In this document: piece after piece, positions 54,568-64,000 of the stretch
How the letters are laid out: every line of letters begins with the position of its first letter
How positions within the stretch are numbered: the stretch's first letter is position 1
The notes under the pieces: model-generated
What the model was told of the DNA's origin: nothing
Seen by the model: the letters and a program-made list of their open reading frames with translations, nothing else
The model's database searches: none
Source: Pseudomonas aeruginosa PAO1
Lineage (GTDB): Bacteria; Pseudomonadota; Gammaproteobacteria; Pseudomonadales; Pseudomonadaceae
Length of the DNA: 64,000 bases
NCBI RefSeq assembly: GCF_000006765.1
Contig: NC_002516.2
Direction: 5' to 3' (one strand)
Translations under genes and position numbers: made by a program

Positions 54568-55440
54568 TCAACGGATGTGGGCGAGAACGCCCTGCAGTTC
54601 ATCCAGGGAGCTGTAGCGGATGACCAACTGTCCCTTGCCCTTCTGACCATGCCGGATCTGCACCGAAGCGCCCAGGCGCTCGGCCAGGCGCTGTTCCAGG
54701 CGGGCGATGTCCGGGTCGCTCTTGACCGGTCCCGCAGGCTTGCCAGGGGCATGCGTCCACTGCCGAACCAGGGCTTCGGTCTGACGTACGGTCAGCCCAT
54801 GTGCGACAACATGTCGCGCCCCTTCCACCTGCCGTTCTGCCGGCAGACCGAGGAGCGCACGGGCATGGCCCATCTCCAGGTCGCCATGGGAAAGCAGGGT
54901 CTTGATCTCTTCCGGCAGGCCGATCAGGCGCAGCAGGTTGGTAATGGTCGCGCGCGACTTGCCGACCGCTTCCGCGACCTGCTGCTGGGTCAGCTGGAAC
55001 TCCTGCTGCAAGCGCTGCAGGGCAGCGGCTTCCTCGATCGGGTTGAGGTCCTCGCGCTGGATGTTCTCGATCAGCGCCATGGCGATGGCCGCTTCGTCCG
55101 GCACGTCGCGCACCAGCGCCGGGATCTTTTCCAGTCCGGCCTGCTGGCTGGCCCGCCAGCGCCGCTCGCCGGCAATGATCTCGTAGCGGCCATTGGCGAT
55201 CGGCCGCACCACGATGGGCTGCATCACGCCCTGGGCCTTGATCGACTGCGCCAGTTCCTCCAGCGCCTGAGGGTCCATGTCGCGACGCGGCTGGTACTTG
55301 CCGCGCTGCATCAGGTCGAGGGGGATCTGCTGCAACTCGCGGCGGTCGGCCTGTACGGCTTCCTCCTGCAGTTTGGCGGGACTCGAGCCGCCCAGCAGGG
55401 CATCGAGCCCGCGTCCCAGTCCACGTTTCTTGGCTGCCAT
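54568..55440 (-). CDS. parB: Chromosome partitioning protein ParB (Spo0J)
   Basis: GLGRGL, YQPRR, IIAGERRWRA, ENIQREDL and HTH. Confidence 0.97.
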   Translation of the reverse strand: MAAKKRGLGRGLDALLGGSSPAKLQEEAVQADRRELQQIPLDLMQRGKYQPRRDMDPQALEELAQSIKAQGVMQPIVVRPIANGRYEIIAGERRWRASQQAGLEKIPALVRDVPDEAAIAMALIENIQREDLNPIEEAAALQRLQQEFQLTQQQVAEAVGKSRATITNLLRLIGLPEEIKTLLSHGDLEMGHARALLGLPAERQVEGARHVVAHGLTVRQTEALVRQWTHAPGKPAGPVKSDPDIARLEQRLAERLGASVQIRHGQKGKGQLVIRYSSLDELQGVLAHIR

Positions 55441-55449
55441 GCGGGTTCC

Positions 55450-56238
55450 TTATGCGGTTGCGGCGCGGCCTTTGGCGCGCTGGCGGCGGACCAGCTCGCC
55501 GGCCAGCGCCAGGTAGGCGATGGCGCCGCGGGATTGCTTGTCGTAAACCAGCGCCGGCATGCCGAAGCTGGGGGCTTCGGCGAGGCGCACGTTACGCGGG
55601 ATGACGGTGCTGTAGAGGGTGTCGCCGAAATGCTCCTGCAACTGCGCGGAGACATCGTTGGTCAGGCTGATGCGCGGATCGTACATGGTCCGCAACAGAC
55701 CCTCGATCTTCAGCGTCGGGTTGAGCAACTGGCCGATGCGCTGGATGCTGTTCATCAGGTCGGTCAGCCCCTCCAGCGCGTAGTACTCGCACTGCATGGG
55801 GATGATCACGCCGTCGGCGGCGGTCAGCGCGTTGACGGTGAGCATCGACAGCGACGGCGGGCAGTCGATGAGGATGTAGTCGTAGTTCTCGCGGATCGGC
55901 GCCAGCGCGTTGCGCAGGCGATTTTCCTTCATGTCCATTTCCAGCAGCACCACTTCCGCGGCGGTCAGGTCGCGGTTGGCCGGCAGCAACTGGTAGCCGC
56001 CGTGTTCGGAGAACTGCATGGCCTCGGCGAGGTTGCACTCGCCGGTGAGCACGTCGTAGATGGAGTGCTCCAGGTTGTGCTTGTCGATGCCGCTGCCGGT
56101 GGTGGCGTTGCCCTGGGGATCCAGGTCCAGCAGGAGGACGCGGCGCTTGGTCGCCACGAGGGAGGCCGCGAGGTTGATACAGGTCGTGGTCTTGCCGACA
56201 CCGCCTTTCTGGTTGGCGATCGCGAATACCTTAGCCAT
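55450..56238 (-). CDS. parA: Chromosome partitioning ATPase ParA (Soj)
   Basis: NQKGGVGKTT deviant Walker A, DLDPQGN, DCPP and RLAEAPS. Confidence 0.97.
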   Translation of the reverse strand: MAKVFAIANQKGGVGKTTTCINLAASLVATKRRVLLLDLDPQGNATTGSGIDKHNLEHSIYDVLTGECNLAEAMQFSEHGGYQLLPANRDLTAAEVVLLEMDMKENRLRNALAPIRENYDYILIDCPPSLSMLTVNALTAADGVIIPMQCEYYALEGLTDLMNSIQRIGQLLNPTLKIEGLLRTMYDPRISLTNDVSAQLQEHFGDTLYSTVIPRNVRLAEAPSFGMPALVYDKQSRGAIAYLALAGELVRRQRAKGRAATA

Positions 56239-56256
56239 GGTTATCCCTGTTCCCCC

Positions 56257-56901
56257 TCATGCTGTGCGCCGCAGTATCAGCAGATGCCGCTGACCTTGGC
56301 AACCGGGTACCGCCAGCGCGTGCTCGGCTTCGACCCGGAAATCCTCCGGGAGTGCCGCCAGCTCTTCGTTCGGATGCACGCCCTTCATCGCCAGCCAGCG
56401 GGTTTCCTGGCCACCGAGGTGGCGGGTCCAGTTGGCGAAGTCCTCCAGGCTGCTGAAAGCGCGGGAAACGATGCCATCGAAGGGGCTCTCGGGACGGAAG
56501 GCTTCCACCCGGCTGTGCACGACTTCGAGGTTGGCCAGCTTCAGTTCGAGCTTCACCTGGGTCAGGAAGCGGGTCTTCTTGCCGTTGCTGTCGAGCAGGG
56601 TCAGGCGCTTTTCCGGGAACAGAATGGCCAGCGGCACGCCGGGCATGCCGCCGCCGCTGCCGACATCCAGCCAGTTATCCCCAGCCTCGGCATAAGGCAC
56701 GATGCTCAGGCTGTCGAGCAGGTGGCGCGAAACCATCTCGTCCGGGTCGCGTACGGCGGTCAGGTTGTAGGCCTTGTTCCATTTGATCAGCAGGGCCAGG
56801 TAGGCCAGCAGCTGGCGTTGCTTGTCGGCGTCGAGGGCGACGCCTAGCTCGTCAGCACCGCGCGCGAGTTCGTCGGCGTGGTGTTGGGTTACCGCAGACA
56901 T
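56257..56901 (-). CDS. rsmG: 16S rRNA m7G527 methyltransferase (GidB)
   Basis: [24 protein letters not shown] and SRAF. Confidence 0.97.
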   Translation of the reverse strand: MSAVTQHHADELARGADELGVALDADKQRQLLAYLALLIKWNKAYNLTAVRDPDEMVSRHLLDSLSIVPYAEAGDNWLDVGSGGGMPGVPLAILFPEKRLTLLDSNGKKTRFLTQVKLELKLANLEVVHSRVEAFRPESPFDGIVSRAFSSLEDFANWTRHLGGQETRWLAMKGVHPNEELAALPEDFRVEAEHALAVPGCQGQRHLLILRRTA

Positions 56902-58793
56902 CAAGCGCTCTGCTCCAGTTGGCGGCCAGAGGCACGCTTCTTCAGGTGGATCAACAACAGCGAAATCGCAGCCGGCGTGACGCCGGGGATCCGCGAAGCC
57001 TGTCCGAGGGTTTCCGGACGGGCCTGGTTCAGCTTGTTCTGGATTTCCTTCGACAGGCCGGAAATCCCCAGGTAATCGATATCCACAGGCAGGCGGGTAT
57101 CTTCGCTGGCGCGCAGACGGGAGATTTCCTCCTGCTGGCGGTCGATGTAGCCGGCGTACTTGGTGCGAATCTCCACCTGCTCGGCCACCTGGGGGTTATC
57201 CACAGCGTTGCCGGTGATCTCCACCAGGCCGGCGTAATCGATCTCGGGGCGGCTCAGCAGGTTGAGCAGATTGTATTCATGGGTCAGCGGCGTACCGAAG
57301 CGCTCGGCGATGGCGTCGCCCTGCGGGGTATTCGGCCGCACCCAGGTGCTCTTCAGCCGCTGTTCCTCGCGTTCGATACCTTCGCGCTTGGCTTCGAAGG
57401 CAGCCCAGCGCCGATCGTCGACAAGGCCCAGCTCGCGTCCCTTCTCGGTGAGACGCAGGTCGGCGTTGTCCTCGCGGAGGATCAGGCGGTATTCCGCCCG
57501 CGAGGTGAACATGCGGTACGGCTCCTGGGTGCCGAGCGTGATCAGGTCGTCCACCAGCACGCCGATGTAGGCCTCGTCGCGGCGCGGGCACCAGCTGTCC
57601 TTGCCTTGCGAACGCAACGCAGCATTGGCGCCGGCCAGCAGGCCCTGGGCGCCAGCTTCCTCGTAGCCGGTGGTGCCGTTGATCTGGCCGGCGAAGAACA
57701 GGCCGCCGATGACCTTGGTCTCCAGGCTGTACCTGAGATCGCGGGGATCGAAGAAGTCGTACTCGATCGCATAGCCCGGCCGCACGATGTGGGCGTTTTC
57801 CATGCCACGGATGGAACGCACGATCTGCAGTTGCACGTCGAACGGCAGGGACGTGGAAATGCCGTTGGGATACAGCTCGTGGGTCGTCAGGCCTTCCGGC
57901 TCGAGGAAGACCTGATGGCTTTCCTTATCGGCGAAGCGATGGATCTTGTCTTCGATCGAAGGGCAGTAGCGCGGGCCGATGCCTTCGATCACACCGGAAT
58001 ACATCGGCGAACGATCGAGATTGGCGGCGATGATCTCGTGGGTCCGGGCGTTGGTATGGGTGATCCAGCAACTGACCTGCTCGGGATGCTGTTCCTTCGA
58101 ACCGAGGAAGGACATCACCGGGATCGGCGTGTCGCCCGGCTGCTCGGTCATCACCGAGAAGTCCACGCTGCGCCCGTCGATCCGCGGCGGCGTACCGGTC
58201 TTCAGCCGGCCGACCCGCAGCGGCAATTCACGCAGACGACGCGCCAGTGCGATGGACGGCGGGTCGCCGGCGCGTCCGCCTGAGTAGTTCTCCAGGCCGA
58301 TGTGGATAAGTCCGCCGAGGAAGGTGCCGGTAGTCAGGACCACGTTGTCGGCATGGAAGCGCAGTCCCATCTGGGTCACTACGCCGCGGACCTGATCCTG
58401 CTCGACGATCAGGTCGTCGCAGGCCTGCTGGAATATCCACAGGTTCGGCTGGTTTTCCAGTGTATGGCGGATAGCGGCCTTATAGAGCACGCGATCGGCT
58501 TGTGCACGAGTGGCGCGCACTGCCGGCCCCTTGCGACTGTTAAGGATGCGGAACTGGATACCGCCCTTGTCGGTGGCTTCGGCCATGGCGCCGCCAAGGG
58601 CGTCGATTTCCTTGACCAGATGGCTCTTGCCGATGCCGCCGATGGCGGGGTTGCAGCTCATCTGCCCCAGGGTTTCCACATTGTGGGTCAACAGCAGGGT
58701 TTTCACACCCATGCGCGCAGCCGCGAGTGCGGCTTCGGTGCCTGCATGGCCACCGCCGATCACGATTACGTCAAAACGGGTAGGGAAATCCAC
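56901..58793 (-). CDS. mnmG: tRNA uridine-5-carboxymethylaminomethyl synthesis enzyme (GidA)
   Basis: [27 protein letters not shown] and [12 protein letters not shown]. Confidence 0.98.
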   Translation of the reverse strand: MDFPTRFDVIVIGGGHAGTEAALAAARMGVKTLLLTHNVETLGQMSCNPAIGGIGKSHLVKEIDALGGAMAEATDKGGIQFRILNSRKGPAVRATRAQADRVLYKAAIRHTLENQPNLWIFQQACDDLIVEQDQVRGVVTQMGLRFHADNVVLTTGTFLGGLIHIGLENYSGGRAGDPPSIALARRLRELPLRVGRLKTGTPPRIDGRSVDFSVMTEQPGDTPIPVMSFLGSKEQHPEQVSCWITHTNARTHEIIAANLDRSPMYSGVIEGIGPRYCPSIEDKIHRFADKESHQVFLEPEGLTTHELYPNGISTSLPFDVQLQIVRSIRGMENAHIVRPGYAIEYDFFDPRDLRYSLETKVIGGLFFAGQINGTTGYEEAGAQGLLAGANAALRSQGKDSWCPRRDEAYIGVLVDDLITLGTQEPYRMFTSRAEYRLILREDNADLRLTEKGRELGLVDDRRWAAFEAKREGIEREEQRLKSTWVRPNTPQGDAIAERFGTPLTHEYNLLNLLSRPEIDYAGLVEITGNAVDNPQVAEQVEIRTKYAGYIDRQQEEISRLRASEDTRLPVDIDYLGISGLSKEIQNKLNQARPETLGQASRIPGVTPAAISLLLIHLKKRASGRQLEQSA

Positions 58794-58899
58794 CACGCAC
58801 CTCGGCCTGTTCAGAAGCAGGAATTCAGGAAAGCCGGACAGTATAAGGATTTAGCGAACCTGAATGAAGACTCCTGGACAAAAAATAGCCAATCCAGAT

Positions 58900-59190
58900 C
58901 GAGGGAGCAAAACGGCTCGGCGGGCTTACAAAAAATAAAAGGAAAGGAATGTTTATATCTTTTTAGAACTTGTGTTTATTACTTAGCAGCGGCTTTTCTG
59001 TTGATAAGTACGTCGAGCCCAGTAAAGACATAGCCTGTAGCGAATGATAAGGCTGTCCCAAACCCTATCTGGGCCCTGTTGATAAGCGTTTTTTAGCTGT
59101 GGATGGAATGGCTCGTTATCAACATGTGGAGTTATGCACAGAGCTTCGGCGGGTTTATCTACCCTCCTGTCCCTGGGGTTTTCCACAGGT
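58900..59190. other. Origin-like locus upstream of mnmG (oriCII-like): AT-rich tract plus DnaA-box array
   Basis: AT-rich tract at about 58929-58985. Boxes: TGTTGATAA at 58999 and 59077, TTATCAACA at 59116, TTATGCACA at 59132, TTTTCCACA at 59179. Two ARS elements (oriCI at rpmH-dnaA, oriCII near gidA) are reported for Pseudomonas. Confidence 0.8.
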
Positions 59191-59266
59191 TTCAGGCGAG
59201 CGTATCCGGGCCGTGGCAGGACCGCAGCCAGGTAGGAAGAAGGAGATGGAAAGGCGTGGGAAAGGC

Positions 59267-59812
59267 TCAGTCGTTGCCGCTTTCCAGCGTATCGATGGAT
59301 GACGACAGGCGCTCGAAGCGGCGCTTGGCGGAGACCTGGAAATCCCGCTCGGAGCCCTCGTTAGCGGGTTTGCGCAGCAGTAGCCGAGCACTGAGCCCGC
59401 TAGTGCGGTCGTAACTGCCGAACCAGTCGATCATCTGTCCGACCTGGCATTCGCCGCCGAGCCACACCGCCAGGTTGGCTACGATCTCCATGCTGTAGTG
59501 TCCGAGTGCTCGCCGTGGGACGCCTTGGGAGCCGAAGGCGAGGGCCCCGCCTGGCCGGTATCGACGGAGTCCAGGGTCTGCAACAGCTCTTTTCGCAGAA
59601 TCTCTTCCAGGCTTGTGGATAAACCGCTTACCGGGTTGACTTGCGTGCACGGAACGTCCCGGCGCGTGGCGATAGCGCCAGGCGAGACAACGGGATAGAT
59701 ACGCCGTTCGAGAGGGGCGAGCAGATAGAGATTGACCACAGCGCAGCGCCTTCGCGGACGCCGGATCGGAGCGCGGTGCCTGTGCATAAACCTCTCCCAG
59801 GTGGATATCCAT
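59267..59812 (-). other. Hypothetical or degenerate ORF region (PA5566-like)
   Basis: Frame open from ATG 59812 or GTG 59650 to 59267, but the protein-like codon usage shifts between two overlapping open frames. Confidence 0.4.
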
Positions 59813-59985
59813 CCCATGCAGACCGACATCGGCGCAGATGGTTTTCTCGGGGACGAAGCGGCGCGCCGGCAATCCATGCCTGCGTGGTTGAGTGCCGGCG
59901 GCAAGGGGCACAGTGAAAGGAAAGTACGCAGAACCGGAGCGAACCTTGCCCTGGTTATCCACAACTCGGCGTGGGCCGAGCCCCA

Positions 59986-61353
59986 TTACTTGCCGATGCA
60001 GAAACTCGAGAAGATGCGACCCAGCAGGTCGTCGGGGGTGAATGCGCCGGTGATTTCGCCCAGGTGCTGCTGGGCCTGGCGCAGATCCTCGGCCAGCAGT
60101 TCGCCGGCGCCATTGTGGATAAGTTGGCTGTGGCCATGCTCCAGCGCCTGCCCTGCCAGGCGTAGCGCTTCCAAGTGGCGCCGGCGGGCGCTGAAACCGC
60201 TTTCCGCGGTCTGTTCGAAGCCCATGCAGGCCTTCAGGTGTTCGCGCAGCAGCTCCAGGCCGGCGCCGGTGCGCGCCGAGAGGGTGATGGTGACGTGGCC
60301 GTCCGCGCTTTCCTCGAGGCCAATGGACTCTGTGGACAAATCCGCCTTGTTGCGGATCAGGGTGACCTTGCCCGGTTCCGGTCGCTGGTCGAGAAACTCC
60401 GGCCATAGGGAAAACGGGTCCGCTGCTTCCGGGGCGGTGGCGTCCACCACCAGCAGCACGCGATCGGCTTCGCCGATGGCTTTCAGCGCACGTTCCACGC
60501 CGATCTTTTCCACATGGTCCTCGGTATCCCGCAGGCCTGCGGTGTCCACCACATGCAGGGGCATGCCATCGATGTGGATATGTTCGCGCAGTACATCGCG
60601 GGTGGTGCCGGCTATGTCCGTGACGATGGCCGCCTCGCGACCGGCCAGGGCATTCAGCAGGCTGGACTTGCCGGCATTCGGTCGTCCGGCGATGACCACG
60701 GTCATGCCGTCGCGCAGCAGGGCGCCTTGGGAAGCTTCGCGCTGCACTGTGGATAATTCTGTGCGTACTTTTTCCAGAAGCCCCAGTACATGGCCATCGG
60801 CGAGGAAGTCGATTTCTTCCTCGGGGAAGTCGATGGCGGCTTCGACATAGATGCGCAGGGAAATCAGTTGCTCGGTCAATGCATGTACCCGGCGCGAGAA
60901 TTCGCCCTGCAGGGAACGCAATGCATTGCGCGCGGCCTGCTCCGAGCTGGCCTCGATCAGATCGGCGATGGCTTCGGCCTGGGCCAGGTCGAGCTTGTCG
61001 TTGAGGAACGCGCGCTCGCTGAACTCGCCCGGTCGCGCCTGGCGGGCGCCCAGTTCCAGACAACGCTGCACCAGCAGGTCGAGTACCACGGGGCCGCCGT
61101 GCCCCTGTAGTTCGAGTACGTCTTCGCCGGTGAACGAGTTCGGGCCGGGGAAATACAGTGACAGGCCTTCGTCGATCACCTGCCCACCGGCATCGAGGAA
61201 CGGTCCGTAATGCGCATGCCGGGCTTTCAGCTGGCGTCCGCTCACGGCCACGGCCATCTGTCCGGCGAGAGGTCCGGAGACGCGGACGATTCCCACGCCG
61301 CCGCGGCCCTGGGCGGTAGCGATCGCGACGATGGTTTCGGTGGCGGCTTGCAT
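59986..61353 (-). CDS. mnmE: tRNA modification GTPase (TrmE)
   Basis: [31 protein letters not shown] and the C-terminal FCIGK. Confidence 0.98.
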   Translation of the reverse strand: MQAATETIVAIATAQGRGGVGIVRVSGPLAGQMAVAVSGRQLKARHAHYGPFLDAGGQVIDEGLSLYFPGPNSFTGEDVLELQGHGGPVVLDLLVQRCLELGARQARPGEFSERAFLNDKLDLAQAEAIADLIEASSEQAARNALRSLQGEFSRRVHALTEQLISLRIYVEAAIDFPEEEIDFLADGHVLGLLEKVRTELSTVQREASQGALLRDGMTVVIAGRPNAGKSSLLNALAGREAAIVTDIAGTTRDVLREHIHIDGMPLHVVDTAGLRDTEDHVEKIGVERALKAIGEADRVLLVVDATAPEAADPFSLWPEFLDQRPEPGKVTLIRNKADLSTESIGLEESADGHVTITLSARTGAGLELLREHLKACMGFEQTAESGFSARRRHLEALRLAGQALEHGHSQLIHNGAGELLAEDLRQAQQHLGEITGAFTPDDLLGRIFSSFCIGK

Positions 61354-61371
61354 GTGGATATCTCCGGATAG

Positions 61372-61398
61372 CAAGACGCCCCTCGAGGGGGCGTCTTG
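61372..61398. terminator. Hairpin between yidC and mnmE
   Basis: CAAGACGCCCC...GGGGCGTCTTG 11-bp stem with a weak T tail on the sense (minus) strand. Confidence 0.55.
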
Positions 61399-61423
61399 TT
61401 GTGGACAGTTTTCGCGATAGACG

Positions 61424-63160
61424 TCAGGCGGTCTTCGCGGCTGCCTCGATCTTGCGGGTAATGTACCACTGCTGTGCGATCGACAGGCAGTTGTTGACTA
61501 CCCAGTACAGCACCAGACCGGCTGGGAACCAGAGGAAGAAGAAGGTGAAGATGATCGGCATCAGTTTCATCACCTTGGCCTGCATCGGGTCTGGCGGGGT
61601 CGGGTTGAGCATCTGCTGGATCAGCATGGTGCCGCCCATGACGATCGGCAGGATGAAGAACGGATCCTTCACCGACAGGTCGGTGATCCAGCCGAGCCAC
61701 GGCGCCTGGCGCATTTCCACGCTTTCCAGGAGTACCCAGTAGAGGGAGAGGAAGACCGGCATCTGGACCAGGATCGGCAGGCAGCCGCCCAGCGGATTGA
61801 TCTTCTCCTTCTTGTACAGCTCCATCATCGCCTGGGACATCTTCTGCCGATCGTCGCCGTGCTGTTCCTTGATCGCCTGCATCTTCGGCGACACCGCGCG
61901 CATGCGCGCCATCGAACGGTAGCTGGCGGCGGACAACGGGAAGAAGGCCAGCTTGATCAGGACGGTCAGGGCGATGATCGACCAGCCCCAGTTGCCGATC
62001 AGGCTGTGGATATGTTGCAGCAGCCAGAAGATCGGCTGGGCGATGAACCAAAGGAAACCGTAGTCGACGGTCAGTTCCAGGCCCGGGGAGAGTTCCTTCA
62101 GGTGCTTCTGGAGTTTCGGGCCGGCATACAGGGTCAGGTCGGTTTCCACCTTGCTACCCGCCGGAACGCTCAGGGTCGGGCCGGTGAAACCGACGATGTA
62201 GTTGCCCTGGCCGTCCTTGCGGGTCATGACCTGGTGCTGCTCGCCCTTGGTCGGAACCCAGGCGGTCACGAAGTAGTGTTGCAGCCAGGCGACCCAGCCA
62301 CCCTGCACGGACTCCTTGAACTGTTCCTTGTCCATGTCCTTGGTGGAGATCTTCTTGTACGGCGAATCCGGGGTCCAGACCGCGGCGCCGAGGTAGGTGG
62401 ACACCCCGGTGGCGGTGGTCGAGGACGGGTCGGCGCTGCCGTCGCGCTTGAGCTGGGCGAACAGGTTGCCGCTCCAGGTCTTGCCGCTCTGGTTGTCGAT
62501 CAGGTAGCTGACGCCGACCTGATAGGCGTTTTCATTGATGCACTCGATCTTCTTCTGGGCCTTTTCCTTGTCCGAGCAATCGGCTTTCAGGCCACGGTGG
62601 AAGGTGAAGCGCTTGATGTAGTTGACACCGTCGTGGCTGAAGCTCAGGTCCACGACCAGTTCGTTCTGGCCGTCGGCCAACTGGTAGCTGCTCTGCGCAC
62701 TGCGGAACAGTGGGCGGCCGGCGCTGCTGGCGTCCGGGCCGTCGGCACCGGTGAGACCGCTCTGCGCCAGGTAGGTACGTTCGCGACCGTTGTCGAACAG
62801 CGGGAACGGCACGTCCGGACGGTCCAGGCGGCGCGGATACTGCAACAGGCCGAGCTGGACGATATCGCCGCCACGGGGATCGATGGCCAGGTCGAGGACG
62901 TCGGTCTTCACCTGGATCAGCTTGTCGCTGACCGCAACCGGCTTGTCGGCGGCTTCGCTGCCGGCCGCGCTGCTCTGGGCAGTGGGAACGTCACTGCTGG
63001 TGCCCGAGGCGGACGGAGTGTCCGGCAGGCCTTGCGTGGTGTTCATCGAAGCGCTGGCGGCGGGCAGCTCAGGCTGACCGTAATCCTTGTTCCACTGGAG
63101 AACCAGCAGGTAGGACACGACTGCAAGGGCGACGATGAGAATCGAGCGTTGAATGTCCAT
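61424..63160 (-). CDS. yidC: Membrane protein insertase YidC
   Basis: MDIQR TM1, large periplasmic domain, [23 protein letters not shown] and PAGLVLYW. Confidence 0.98.
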   Translation of the reverse strand: MDIQRSILIVALAVVSYLLVLQWNKDYGQPELPAASASMNTTQGLPDTPSASGTSSDVPTAQSSAAGSEAADKPVAVSDKLIQVKTDVLDLAIDPRGGDIVQLGLLQYPRRLDRPDVPFPLFDNGRERTYLAQSGLTGADGPDASSAGRPLFRSAQSSYQLADGQNELVVDLSFSHDGVNYIKRFTFHRGLKADCSDKEKAQKKIECINENAYQVGVSYLIDNQSGKTWSGNLFAQLKRDGSADPSSTTATGVSTYLGAAVWTPDSPYKKISTKDMDKEQFKESVQGGWVAWLQHYFVTAWVPTKGEQHQVMTRKDGQGNYIVGFTGPTLSVPAGSKVETDLTLYAGPKLQKHLKELSPGLELTVDYGFLWFIAQPIFWLLQHIHSLIGNWGWSIIALTVLIKLAFFPLSAASYRSMARMRAVSPKMQAIKEQHGDDRQKMSQAMMELYKKEKINPLGGCLPILVQMPVFLSLYWVLLESVEMRQAPWLGWITDLSVKDPFFILPIVMGGTMLIQQMLNPTPPDPMQAKVMKLMPIIFTFFFLWFPAGLVLYWVVNNCLSIAQQWYITRKIEAAAKTA

Positions 63161-63162
63161 GG

Positions 63163-63408
63163 TTACTCGGCCATCGAGAAAGGGCGGTGCTTGAAGGAAA
63201 CTGACAGTAGCAGATCGCGGCTACGGGATTGCCAGTGATGGAGCCGAGTGGAGGAAACCGCACTCGGGCGACCATTGCGTCGCGGGCCATGCTGCGCGAT
63301 AGCCTCGTACGCTAGGGAAGTACAACTTGGCTGGGAACGACGGTGCCGGGTCATCGAAGGGGGGATGACACTACAGGGATCGGGATGCGCGGGCATCGAC
63401 CTATGCAT
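63163..63408 (-). pseudogene. yidD: Eroded yidD (membrane protein insertion efficiency factor) homolog with an open 81-codon frame
   Basis: Sits between rnpA and yidC with an 8-nt overlap. HRRSQPSCTSLAYEAIAQHG...RLHHW resembles the YidD pattern HCRFxPSCSxYAxEAIxxHG...RCHPW, but two of the three conserved Cys are lost. Confidence 0.65.
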
Positions 63409-63808
63409 GAGTACCGTCGGCCACGCCAGGGGCGTCAGCAGGGCTTTCCGTGCGAGGTCGATTGCGCAACAGGCGTTTCCAGAGCTTGCCGAACTGCTGG
63501 TGCAGCTCCGGATTTTCCAGTTCGCCCAGGCCTTTGCGCGCGATCACCACGATATCCCAGCCAGCCAGGGTTTCCTGGTTATGGCGGAACGATTCGCGGA
63601 TCAGGCGTTTGAGGCGATTGCGCTGGACGGCGAGCTTGACGTTCTTCTTGCCGATCACCAGGCCCAGGCGGGGGTGATCGAGACCGTTCTCGCGCGCCAG
63701 CAGCAGGACGTGCTTGCCGGGGACCTTGCCGGTCGGAGAGTCGAAGACTGCGCTGAATTGCCGGGCTGTCAGTAGACGCTTGTCCCGGTCGAAGTCCCGA
63801 CTCACCAC
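63401..63808 (-). CDS. rnpA: Ribonuclease P protein component
   Basis: [17 protein letters not shown] and AVQRNRLKR (RNR motif). Confidence 0.96.
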
Positions 63809-63822
63809 CCGTACCGGATAAA

Positions 63823-63957
63823 TCAGACGGTCAGACGCTTACGGCCTTTGGCGCGACGACGCGACAGAACCTGACGGCCGTTCTTGGTGGCCATACGGGC
63901 GCGGAAACCGTGGACGCGAGCGCGCTTGAGGGTGCTGGGTTGGAAAGTACGTTTCAT
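63823..63957 (-). CDS. rpmH: 50S ribosomal protein L34 (not in the supplied ORF track)
   Basis: Translated by hand: [44 protein letters not shown]. Confidence 0.98.
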
Positions 63958-64000
63958 GATTCGGTACCTGGGTTGACGACTTGAGGTCGCAGTGACCCCG

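Larger units (their letters stand above)
57196..60756. promoter_or_regulatory. DnaA-box cluster D around the oriCII-like locus (10 consensus boxes)
   Basis: Exact at 57196, 58301 (minus), 59614 (minus), 59955, 60114 (minus) and 60748 (minus). TTTTCCACA at 59179 and 60506. TTATGCACA at 59132 and 59781 (minus). Confidence 0.8.

Overview
This is core Pseudomonas aeruginosa chromosome immediately left of the replication origin, ending about 40 bp upstream of rpmH. Gene order matches my recollection of PAO1 PA5508-PA5570; the PA numbers are assigned from recalled synteny, not from a database search. Contents in order: amine gamma-glutamylation genes, mifSR, poxA and an OXA-50-family beta-lactamase, pdxY, two CPA2 antiporters, a pauA6/aminotransferase/SDR/GntR cluster, a KgtP-like MFS transporter, tonB1, the Zur-controlled zinc-starvation cluster (zigA, dksA2, amiA, folE2, carbonic anhydrase, pyrC2), a PIB-1-like beta-lactamase, a TAXI-TRAP system, glmS/glmR/glmU, the atp operon, parAB, rsmG, mnmG, an oriCII-like locus, mnmE, yidC, rnpA and rpmH. 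I found no IS, prophage, CRISPR, tRNA or rRNA. The strongest signal the gene list does not explain is a dispersed field of DnaA boxes. I counted by eye 23 exact TTATCCACA/TGTGGATAA copies (about 0.1 expected at about 66% GC) and 30 TTWTNCACA matches. Most lie inside coding sequences, several by way of very rare codons. They are clustered, absent from a 21.8 kb stretch, and three convergent gene junctions carry hairpins built from pairs of boxes or near-boxes. Secondary observations: a frameshifted CobW-family GTPase, an eroded but full-length yidD, and a paired palindromic operator in an orphan catabolic cluster.
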